From Chrysochromulina tobinii (lineage: Eukaryota): a stretch of 32,385 nt of DNA. Shown here piece by piece: positions 19,820-29,592 of the stretch. Numbering within the stretch: position 1 is the first letter of the stretch; each line of letters starts with the position of its first letter. The stretch is taken from the NCBI GenBank assembly GCA_001275005.1, contig JWZX01002813.1, positions 1 to 32,385 on the forward strand. The letters are read 5' to 3'. A model generated the notes under the pieces. The model made no database searches. It was not told the DNA's origin and was given only the letters and a program-made list of their open reading frames with translations. The position numbers and the translations under genes are program-made.

Positions 19820-22800
19820 ATGACTGTCATGAACCACAGCCCTTCCGGTACCTTCAATTCCGGCTCTTTCATTCAAGCACAGCTGGAGGAGGTTCATCGA
19901 CTGAAGGTTCAGGCCGATCACCTCCATGTCGAATGCATGGAGATGAAGATGGTCCTCGTCGATGCTTCGCAGCTCAGAGCGCGTGGCCTCGAAGCTTTCT
20001 ATGGCCGTGGCCTGAAAGAGCATAAAATGAACCTTGCGGACGTGCATCGTATACGTGCTGATGTTCTCGCCGTGTGCGAGCCATCCTGTTCGCTCCCTAG
20101 CGCAAACAAGGACGAGCAATCTAGTATGCTTGCGGTCCTTGCCATAGCATGCGCCGATATCAGCATCAAGTGGGTGTGGTGGGCTCGTGTCTGCGCTCCG
20201 TCGCTACGAAGCATGCCTAACGTGCTCGGTAATCTCGACCGGCCGAACGAGGCGACACCCGGCGACGAGGCGGAGCGCGAGCGCATGCGCCACAACGCCC
20301 TCTGGCTCTTCCTCACTTGCCGAGTGCTCGTGCTCTCGCGAGAAGGCGACGAAGCCAGGGCGCCGCCCCAGGCACTCGCCGAGCTGTGGCTGGCGACAAA
20401 GACGGCCACGCCATTCGGCATACGCCAGTGCCGGCCGGGGCACGAGCGTTGCGTCTCGATTCTCGTCGCACCCGCTACCTTGACGCCGGCGGAGGCTCGG
20501 CCCGGGGCTCAGCATGATGTGGAGAGTACGGCGGGAGGAGAGGCCGCGCCGCTCGCCTTGGAGGCTGCCGCAGCTGGGAGCAACGACGAGCAGGGCGCAG
20601 CTCGAGCCGCGACCGTCCCGACGAGCGGCTTCTCGCTCCGGGTCGCGATCGGTGGGAGCCCTACGCCAAAAGCGAATCGAACCGATGCCTCGCCGATTGT
20701 TGCCCGCACCTCTACGGCGCAGGTTGCGCTAGAGTCGGGGTCAAAGCTGTCGCCGGACCGTCGGCGAATGCATGAGCAGCTCCAAGCATGGGCGGCCCGC
20801 TCGTTGCTCGAGGCATACCTGGCCCTGCGGCCTCAGGCTGGCTATGCACTGAACGAAAATGACGACTTCGAGCGCACTGGGGTGCTGTCGCAGCTGCTGC
20901 TGATAGATCAGCACGTACGCGAAGCGGGCGCCACGACGGCCAGTGCCGAGAAGCCACCGCCACCTGTATGGCCGGCTCGCTCAGCGGCCCGTCTGCACGC
21001 CAGTGCAGCCGGCGAGCCAGCCGACGAGGCAGCGAGACTGGACCAAGGCATTGAGGAGGTCCAAGGACTCCCTCTCGCGTGGCACGTGGCCCCGGATTTC
21101 GGCTCGCCCGCTCCGTCGCCCACGGCGATTCGGCGGTCCACGGCGACGCACCTACGCAGCGCGCTCAAGGGCGAGAAGGATGGTGATGCGTTCGGTGGCG
21201 GACGCGGATTGATCCGTAAACGTCGCAGCCTAAGCCAGGGGTCACAACCCGTCCAGCTGGCGGAGGAACAGCTGCAGGACATGCTCAAGCGTTCGCTCGA
21301 GAAGCTGCAATCGCGGCTACCCGAGGTGCTCACCAAGGACGATTGGGCGCAGAAGCAGCTTGCAATGGCCATGGTGCGACTGACGACCACGGGCGAGGAC
21401 TCTCATGTGAGCCCGATGATGAAGAAGCTGACCCGCGCCGCGGCCAAGGTGATGGGGATGAACCGGGCCGCCCGGCGGGAGGATATCACCTCGAAGAAGG
21501 TGGAGATGTTGCAAGGAATGCACAACTCCCGTGCAAAGGGGGCTACGTTTCGAGACGTGCGGGAGTCGCTCAATGAGCCGGCGCAGGCGCTCATTCGAGC
21601 AAGCGCGGAGCGGCGCCAGCTGCTGCGCCAGATGCAAGTGCTGCAGGAGCACCACGCGCTGCTAGCCGACGAGAGGCGCATGGCAGAGGCCATTACCATG
21701 CACAGACGAGTGCGCCAGCTGCAGGCGGTGAATGAGGCAGCCATCCAGAGGGGCGACGACACGTTCGCCGACGTGACGCTCGAGATTGAAGCCATCTTTA
21801 AGATAGCCTCGGCACCGGCGGCCGTTGTGGCGCAGCTTGCGGCAGAGCATGGGGGGACAGTGGACGGAGCGCTCGGGGCGGTGGGCGAGGCGTTGCGTGT
21901 CAAGGAAGCGACGCTGCGCGAGCTCGGCCGTGCGTACCAGGAGGCGCAGGTCGCGACTATCGAGGCGGCCCGACAGTGGAATGACGCGACGAAAGACTAT
22001 GCAAAGAGCAAAAAGGAGGAGGAGGAGGTGATGGTTGAGGAGCTCGAGCTCGTTTGCAACGCTCAGGTGACCTCGTGGCAGCGCCAACTCTGCGAGGCCG
22101 AGCACACGCAGCTTGAGTACTTGTTTGCCCGCCTGGAGAGCAGTGGCGAGAACGCGGCGCCCCATCAGGTGCATGAGTCCTCCCCATCTCGCCTTGTCGC
22201 GTGGAATCGCGCCGCGGCCGAGCAGAAGGCGAAGAACGCCGAGATGCTCAACGGGCTGAGTACCGCCCATGCGGAGGTGGCCACGGCGGCGGCGGCATTT
22301 GCCGAGGCGGCCGAGAGCGCCAAGGCAGCTGCGCAGACGGTGGGTCAGCTGAAAGAGAGCTTCGAGCGCATCTCATCCTTCCTGTCGGTACGTCCCAAGG
22401 GCAATGCGGCGCAGTGGGACAAGTGGCTCATCATTCTGCTCGATGCCGCGGACGCAGTGCGCAGCGCGCAAGAGGAGTACGCGCCGCACGTGCCAAAGCC
22501 GTCCGTGATTCCTGACTCCTCTTTGGCAGCGACGCCCACAGCTCGGGGAAGCAAGAGCGGCGCCGGTAAGCGCGGTGCCCCTGTGGGGATCGTCAGTGCG
22601 CGAGAGAAGCGGATGGCAGCCGAGAAGGCGGCGTTGGAGAAGGCGTTTGCCAACATAGCGGCGTTGGAGAAGGCGGCGGCCGAAAGGGCTGCATCTGAGC
22701 GGGCGCAGCGGGCGGAGAAGGCAGGTCGGGCAGCGGCGGAGCGGGCGAAGACAGGCGACTCGGGGAGCGACGACGAGGTACTGCACCGTGCCGAGAAGCG

Positions 22801-23755
22801 CTACAGGCAACAGCTGGACCACGCGGTGGACGAGATGGCCCGGCTGGTGCGGGAGTGCCGCGGCGTGCGACAGGCGTGGGAGGTCGAGATGCTCGCGCTC
22901 GCACGCGAGGAAGAGGCCCTTCTCGACCGCTTTGGCGTCGCTCCCAAGCCAAGAGCAAAGAGCCGAGAGGAGGAGCCAGCCTTGGGCATCGACTTTGGCA
23001 TTGCGCCTAGCTCTGCACCCATCTTCCAGTGGAGTGAGCTTGAGCGAGTCCAAGTGGACGAGGAGGCCGAGGAGCTCGCCCCTCCTGCATTTTCTCCAGC
23101 TGCCGAGGAGCTCCCGCTTCCACCTGTGCCGGCCCCAACCCCAGCCCCACCCTCGCGCGTGCCCACCCCTCCCCCAGCGCCCGTACTGCCACCGCGCAAG
23201 CCACGGCCAAAGCTGCCCAAGTACGCGCCCTTCAGCCCGCAGGCGCGCGCCAAGGACGGCTTCATGGAGAGCACCGGCTCGAGCTCAGCACGGCTCGGCG
23301 TGCGTGATGCGGACTCCACATGGCTCGAGTCGTCACTTCGAGTGCCGACTCCCCTGGCTGGCCGACACTGGCTGCTGCGCGATCTGGACACCGGCTCAGT
23401 GCCCCCTCACCGGCGGCCCAAACTGCGCAACGAGTGGTCTCTCCACTCGCCGCCGCGCGGGCCGGTCGTAGTCAACGCCTTCGGTGGTGCTGTCTCGACA
23501 GCTTTCTCGAGCTATGTCGGGCAATGGCAGCCGATCAGTCCGCGACCGTTGCCTCCGCGCCCCATCTCCACAGCCCCTGGTGGCACTCGTGCCGGCCTAG
23601 GCCCACAGCCCCTGCCGGCGGGATGCTGGGGCAGCCTCGCGATGAGGGATCCGCTTTTAGCGCCGCCTCTTGAGAGCCCACGCCCGCTCTTAGCGCCCCT
23701 CTTAGCTGCTGAACGCAGACCCGTGGATCCAGAGATCCAGCGATCGTGGTGGTAG
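19820..23755 (+). CDS. Large coiled-coil protein with Pro-rich C-terminal region (~1311 aa from the first ATG)
   Basis: Uninterrupted ORF with extended Ala/Glu/Arg-rich heptad-like regions (AAEKAALEKAFANIAALEKAAAERAA). Start and 3' end uncertain. Confidence 0.7.
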   Translation: MTVMNHSPSGTFNSGSFIQAQLEEVHRLKVQADHLHVECMEMKMVLVDASQLRARGLEAFYGRGLKEHKMNLADVHRIRADVLAVCEPSCSLPSANKDEQSSMLAVLAIACADISIKWVWWARVCAPSLRSMPNVLGNLDRPNEATPGDEAERERMRHNALWLFLTCRVLVLSREGDEARAPPQALAELWLATKTATPFGIRQCRPGHERCVSILVAPATLTPAEARPGAQHDVESTAGGEAAPLALEAAAAGSNDEQGAARAATVPTSGFSLRVAIGGSPTPKANRTDASPIVARTSTAQVALESGSKLSPDRRRMHEQLQAWAARSLLEAYLALRPQAGYALNENDDFERTGVLSQLLLIDQHVREAGATTASAEKPPPPVWPARSAARLHASAAGEPADEAARLDQGIEEVQGLPLAWHVAPDFGSPAPSPTAIRRSTATHLRSALKGEKDGDAFGGGRGLIRKRRSLSQGSQPVQLAEEQLQDMLKRSLEKLQSRLPEVLTKDDWAQKQLAMAMVRLTTTGEDSHVSPMMKKLTRAAAKVMGMNRAARREDITSKKVEMLQGMHNSRAKGATFRDVRESLNEPAQALIRASAERRQLLRQMQVLQEHHALLADERRMAEAITMHRRVRQLQAVNEAAIQRGDDTFADVTLEIEAIFKIASAPAAVVAQLAAEHGGTVDGALGAVGEALRVKEATLRELGRAYQEAQVATIEAARQWNDATKDYAKSKKEEEEVMVEELELVCNAQVTSWQRQLCEAEHTQLEYLFARLESSGENAAPHQVHESSPSRLVAWNRAAAEQKAKNAEMLNGLSTAHAEVATAAAAFAEAAESAKAAAQTVGQLKESFERISSFLSVRPKGNAAQWDKWLIILLDAADAVRSAQEEYAPHVPKPSVIPDSSLAATPTARGSKSGAGKRGAPVGIVSAREKRMAAEKAALEKAFANIAALEKAAAERAASERAQRAEKAGRAAAERAKTGDSGSDDEVLHRAEKRYRQQLDHAVDEMARLVRECRGVRQAWEVEMLALAREEEALLDRFGVAPKPRAKSREEEPALGIDFGIAPSSAPIFQWSELERVQVDEEAEELAPPAFSPAAEELPLPPVPAPTPAPPSRVPTPPPAPVLPPRKPRPKLPKYAPFSPQARAKDGFMESTGSSSARLGVRDADSTWLESSLRVPTPLAGRHWLLRDLDTGSVPPHRRPKLRNEWSLHSPPRGPVVVNAFGGAVSTAFSSYVGQWQPISPRPLPPRPISTAPGGTRAGLGPQPLPAGCWGSLAMRDPLLAPPLESPRPLLAPLLAAERRPVDPEIQRSWW

Positions 23756-24075
23756 ACAGGGATCATGCTCACCTGCCCTCAGGGGGTGAGTGCGCTGAGT
23801 GGTATGGTATACATGTACATAGGAGGCCAGGTTGTGATTAACATCAGTGGTCGTGATGTTGTTGCTTGTGAGAGGGGATCGATCGTGGTGGTAGAGCACA
23901 GTGACTCAGAGTGTGTCTCCTTGCAGACGTGTGCGGAGCGCCGTGGCGGGCGGACGTCCGAAACGCACACACTGACGATTCAGTACCTCTGGGCCAGCCC
24001 CTTTGCCTGGGCCCGCGGTTATTGCGGTGTGCCGCTACCCGCACGTGTGCATCGGCAGCTTGTCCTTGGCGGCAG

Positions 24076-24417
24076 ATACGGATGGGTCGGCAGCTACGGA
24101 TCACGGCTGATCAGTACAAACAGTGCTGGGGCGATCGCATCGCCACGGACCAAGATAAGCTTGTGGACCTCCTCCAGAAGCAGGCAGACGCGGCGGCAGC
24201 GGCACCTTCACCAACGCCTGCTGCGCCTGCCTCTCGTGCGCCCAGTGATGCAGCTTCGGACGTGGCATCGGTTTCCGGATCGACCTCGAGATCATCGGTG
24301 CCCAGCTCTCGCATGGATGCGCGTCTAAAGGTTGAGGATCTCCAGGAGAAGCTAGCTGCGGAGCTGCGCATGCGAGACGAGCTGGAGATGCGATTGGCAA
24401 GCATCAGAGGACAATGA
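24076..24417 (+). CDS. Probable terminal exon of a small coiled-coil protein gene (upstream exons unresolved)
   Basis: GGCAG acceptor ending at 24075, then IRMGRQLRITADQYKQCWGDRIATDQDKLVDLLQKQ...LKVEDLQEKLAAELRMRDELEMRL. Confidence 0.45.
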   Translation: MRMGRQLRITADQYKQCWGDRIATDQDKLVDLLQKQADAAAAAPSPTPAAPASRAPSDAASDVASVSGSTSRSSVPSSRMDARLKVEDLQEKLAAELRMRDELEMRLASIRGQ

Positions 24418-25100
24418 TGCGTTGCGAGCTGCCCGACGGGAATCGCATGGCACACGGTGTGGCAGTGGGTCAGCAAAGCCATCTCATGCGGCACGATCAC
24501 CACCTCCTCGCTTGTCACTACGATCAACGAACACCGCCAAACAGCCAAATGTGTACTCTCTACATTAAGGCTGTGTACATGTATTCTCAAACTCTTCACG
24601 TTCTTGTGTGCCACCACAATTCGAAATGAGCTCACTGACCAGACATGTTCTACCTGAGTACGTCCGGTCGTAGGGGGGTCAACGAACAATCAACGAACCG
24701 CCCCTCGCCACAGGGGGCGAGTTCTAGGTATGGTCGCCCGCCTAACCCTTAAGCCCTAACCCCCCGGCCTCGTACATGTACCGGGTAGCTCGTTTGCGTT
24801 TCTCGTAAGATAGACAGTCCGGTGAGACCATGAAAAAAGACAACTTTTATACCTGAGTACTTTACATCGCTCTTCGCATAGGATATTTCAGCGAAAAGTT
24901 GTGCGCAATCAGTGCGCAATCAGGTAATAAGAAGCTTTTTACCGGTACAAAACTTGCCAGAACTTAGCCACTGGCTGTCGTGTGATCGCTCGGCTCGCGG
25001 TAAATCGCCCATGCTGGCTGCGCAGCGCTCTTTCAAGGCATCGTACGACGTGCTCATGTGTGACACTAAGAAGAGCAGCGCCCCGCCCCGCAATCCAACG

Positions 25101-26130
25101 ATGAAAGAGAAGGACTACACCGAGGTCAAACGGATCGGAAAGGGCTCTTTTGGCATGGCGATGCTCGTGCTCCGAGAGGAGACTCGGGAGCATTTTGTGG
25201 CAAAATACATGAAGTTCAAAACGTTGGAAAAGGAGCAAAAGGAGTTCATGCTCAGAGAGGTCCAGACAATGCATCACATTAGCTGCCAAGGTAGCCATCC
25301 TTACATTGTCCAATTCCGCGAGTCCTTCGTTACATCCTCAGGGCTGCTGTGCATCATCATGGACTATTGTGACAGCAGCGACATGGCCCACCTGATCGCG
25401 ACACAAAAGAAGCGAAGCGTCCCCTTCACCGAGGAGCAGGTGCACCTCTGGCTTCTGCAGCTTCTGAGCGCCCTCAACTTTCTGCACTCGTGCGACATCC
25501 TCCACCGAGACATAAAGCCAGCAAATGTCTTTATGAACGCGGGATGCTGCAAGCTCGCCGACTTTGGCCTTTCGAAACAGGTTCTGACAGCCTACGGAGG
25601 CAGGCAGGCGCACACTCAATGCGGTAGCCCGCTGTATCTTGCGCCAGAGGTGCACATGGGCCGCAAATATGACAGGGCTGTCGACATATGGTCGCTTGGC
25701 TGCACGCTCTTCGAAATCATGATGCTCTCGCACGCCTTCGTGGGCGCCGACAATGCCGAGATCTTGAAGAACATCGCCTGGGGGCGCCATGCCCCGATCG
25801 CAGGCTCCTGGTCGAACGAACTCAAGGCTATTCTCAAGGGGATGCTTGTCCTTAAAGCGAGTGACCGCCCTTCTGCTCTCGATGTCGATGCATCAGCCCA
25901 TGTTTGCTCCAGCGCTCCACGCCAACAGCCTGCACCCGGAGGCGCTTGCTCACGTTGATGTAAAGGAGCGGCCAGGCATGACAACGAGGACTCCTGCCAT
26001 CGACTGTGCTGCCTTGCAAGCTGACTTAGAGGGAAACCTCGGCACACTCCAGGCCATACTCGAGAAGCAGGCCATCCTCGAGAAGCAGGCGCATGACACG
26101 CTTCGGCGCGCAAATGAAAAGCTCATGTGA
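25101..26130 (+). CDS. NIMA-related (NEK) Ser/Thr protein kinase; apparent 1-nt frameshift at ~25887
   Basis: IGKGSFG, VAK, HPYIVQFRESF, LCIIMDYC, HRDIKPANVF, DFG, GSPLYLAPE, DIWSLGC, DRPSA. The expected end of the kinase domain (MHQPMF) and a coiled-coil tail lie in the next frame. Confidence 0.88.
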
Positions 26131-26948
26131 CAAGTGGAAGTGACAACTGCCATAGCGCGCTTGCATTGAAAGAGCAGCTCCCCGCGCCGCAGACCGTGCG
26201 AGCAGGTCGAGGTGTGCGGCGCTATTCGTTTCGATTTCCCCCCGCACGTGTTCCAGAGCGACAGCGATCAGCGTCTGTCCTTCCCGCGGAGACAGTCCCG
26301 GACGCCCGGCGGGACGCGACGGGAAGTCGCCTCCGCCGCCGATACGCCGCCGAGCCCGATGCCCGACAAGCTTACAACGCGGTCGACATCGTCAATCGTC
26401 TCGATATCGAGCCACTAGCGATCTACTGGCGATCGTACGGGGTACACATGCGATACACATGCGAACGAGGATCGCGTGCCCCGGATCGCGCAGTGGCTCG
26501 GCCGGGGCGGGAAGGACAAGGAGCGGCCGCGGTGCGTCGTAGCCGGTCGGGTACGGTCTATCGTCGAGGACGAGGCTGCCGTACACGCGATAGTCGAAAT
26601 ATTTTCTTTCGACTAGTAACACGTAATCGTCATGCCTCTTCACGTGCCGCGGTGCAAGATCGCGAAAGATGCACCCACCCCACCGCCCGACGTCGACGAC
26701 GGGACCCCCGCGACGAGCGTCGCGGCTCCAACCATACAGCTCTAGCCGTCATAGAATACCGGATACCGCGCACACTGGGTGAATTTGCTGCCTTCAGTGC
26801 TGCCTTCGAACCTTCGTGCCGCTGGGTATACTCGGCACGACCACGCGCCTTGGTCCCATCACCCGCCCACACTCATCTACGCTCCACACGGAAGCGGCAG
26901 CATCATGGCAGCCATCATAGCGCACCCATCTGTGGTCCACTGCCCTGC

Positions 26949-29110
26949 TCACATCTTCTGCAACGCAGCCACCAGGAATGCGATGGGGTCATCGGGCTTC
27001 TCCTTTCCGAGCGCGTTGACCGCCGCATTCAGCTTCGCGGTGAGGCCGTGCTGGGCGAAGTACTCAAGCATCCCCGAGGCGCCCCCTGCTGGAGCCGCGG
27101 GTGTGGCAGCCGGTAGGCTGCCTGTGCCGTAGGCAGCCATCAGGTCGGCGAACGTGAGCGGATGAGCAGTGCTGAGCTTGGTCAGAGTGTCGGCGACGTC
27201 GGTGAGCGGCAGCCGCACCTGGCTCGTCGAGTCGCGATCGCGCAGCGTCACAGTGCCCGCTTTGCTCGGATCGTCGCTCTTGCCGAGGGTATCGAAGTCG
27301 ATGGTGACGGCGTATGGGATGCCGAGCTCGTCAGCCCGCGCGTATCGGCGGCCGATCGAAGCGCCCGACTCGTCGACCTTATACTGCAGCCCGTTATCGG
27401 TGAGTTTGGTGCGCAGGGTGTCGAGTGCCGCGGCATACGCGGTCGCATTGTCCTTGATCAAGTTGAGTTGGATCGGAAGGATGACCGCCTTGTAGGGGGC
27501 GATCTCGGCCGGGAAGCCGAGCACGTTCGGCTTTTGCTTGTCGTCGCTGCCCTCCTCCTTGCCCTTCTTCTTCTTCTTGCCATCATCCGTCGGCGGTGCG
27601 GATGCCGCCGCCGCGTCGCCGCCCTCGGCTTCGCGCGTGTAGAACGTGTGCTCAAAGATGGCCGCCATGATACGGTCGATCCCGAATGAGGGTTCGACCA
27701 CATTCGGGACGAAGACCTCGACGTGCTTCGTCTCGGTCTTGGACTCGCACTCCAGCAGCTCCTTGCTCAGCGAGAAGTCCTCGCCGTCCACGCTCACCGT
27801 CGCCGCGCCGTCCGCCTCAGCCTTGGCCACGAGGGCCTTGAGCGTGGCCTCATCGAGGCCTTGCAAGTACTCCTTCACCTTGGGTCCAGCTCCCTTGAGC
27901 TGCTTCCCAATGAGACCCTCCGCTTTCTTGGTGAGCGCGTACGACTCGATCGTGATCGGCTTGTCCAGGTCGACCTGCGCAGTCAGCGACGTCTTCGTCG
28001 CCTTGCCGTGGCACGTCAGGTCGTACGCCGAGCGGTCCGCAATGCCAACGCACTCGACCCAGCCAAGACTCATCTCGATCTCAGCGTCCCAGCAGTCCGC
28101 GGCGTAGTGGGCCATCTCGTCGGGCAGGTGCTGACGGAAGCGAATGTGCTCGGCCAGGCACCCCGCGCGCACCAGGAACAGGAACGTCCTTGCGATGAAG
28201 TAGCCGAGGGTCCCGTTGGCGATCGTGCGTTGAGCCACCGCCTCGCCCAGTGTCATGGTCACGGTACCCTCGCCCGCGAGCTGCTGCTGATGCGGATGCA
28301 ATTGCATCGCAAGGGACGCGACGCCCGCAAACTTGGGGTGCGGCTTGTCGCCCGGCTTGCAGAAGAACTCGATCTCCGCCTGCGTGAACTCGCGCTGCCG
28401 GATCAGACCGCCACGCGGCGCAATCTCGTTCCGAAAAGCCTTGCCGATCTGCGCCACGCCAAATGGGATCTGGCCGGCGTTCTGCTCGAGGCAGAACTTG
28501 AAGTTGAGGAAGATGCCCTGCGCCGTCTCGGGGCGCAAGAAACCCTGGAGCATGCCCGACGGGCCGATGGGCGTCGGGAACATCAGGTTGAACGCAACAG
28601 GCTCAGTCAGGTCATTCCCCGTGTCCGGCGACTTGATCTGATACTTTTGGAAGACAACCCACAGCTCGTCCTTGGAATATGCGTCGGCCTGATTCTTCAC
28701 CCTCTGATACTCCTGCTTAAGCTCGGGCGTCGTCTCCTTCGCCGCCATCCTGGCGTCCATCACATCCTCGAGCAACTTGTCGGCGCGGAAGAAGATGTTC
28801 GGGTCCTTCGAATCCTTGACGATGAAGTCGCTGAAGCGATCGACGTGACCCGAGGTTTTCAGTACGTCGTAGGGCATGATGTTGGTGTCATCCACCTCGA
28901 GCAGATTCTCCTCAACGATGAAGTGCTTGCGCCAGAGCGCGATCAGATTCTGCTTCACGGCGGCACCAGGCGGCCCATAGGTCCAGAAGCCGCCGACGCC
29001 GCCATAAATCTCGAAAGCCTGGCGAAAGAGAAGCGCCGCTTGATCAGGTCGTCCAGGTCCGGTTTCGACGTCGCGAACTTCAGCGAGCCCTCCGAAGCGG
29101 TGATCGGCAT
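26949..29110 (-). CDS. GARS: Glycyl-tRNA synthetase (eukaryotic homodimeric class II type); apparent 1-nt deletion at ~29028-29029
   Basis: KRRF..(F)RQAFEIYGGVGGFWTYGPPG, VLKTSGHVDRF, FNLMF, LRPETAQGIF, AQIGKAFRNEI, REFTQAEIE, EMAHYAADCWD, EPSFGIDR and the anticodon domain SIGRRYARADELGIPYAVTIDF. Confidence 0.96.
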
Positions 29111-29592
29111 GCTTTCGTGTCGATTACAAAGCCGAGGTCCAGACACCTCAGTGCACGTGGCCGTTTTGACGAGCGCCCGGTCGAGCGCCCTAAAATTGTA
29201 TGTCACAAGTCATCCCAAGTCATCCCGTTACTTCTCACCTACTCGTTCTCCGAGGGCACGTATGCCAGCACTTATGACGTGTCACCTAATTTTGGATCCC
29301 CCTTCGCCATCTCCATCGACTCCCGTCCTGGTGTCCTCCCACCTGCATGCTGCGCTTCCTAGCTCAGAGCCGCTTTCGATACGATAGCCACCGATATGCT
29401 TCCGTATGGTTGTCTGTTGTTTATGTATAGACTTGACTTGACCCTAACTTGACCCAATCACAAAAATCTCAAACCGGCCGCTCTGAAAACTGCACGAACT
29501 CGCTGAACGCACAATTCCAAACTTAGAGTTCTGAGACAGACCCCGACTGCTCACCGCTCCGCCCCGCCGCGCGCGCGTTTCTCGCGCGCACG

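Noticed and set aside
26127..27116. 329-aa Arg-rich ORF
   Set aside because: Non-ATG start, low-complexity translation of CpG-rich intergenic DNA, overlaps GlyRS antisense.
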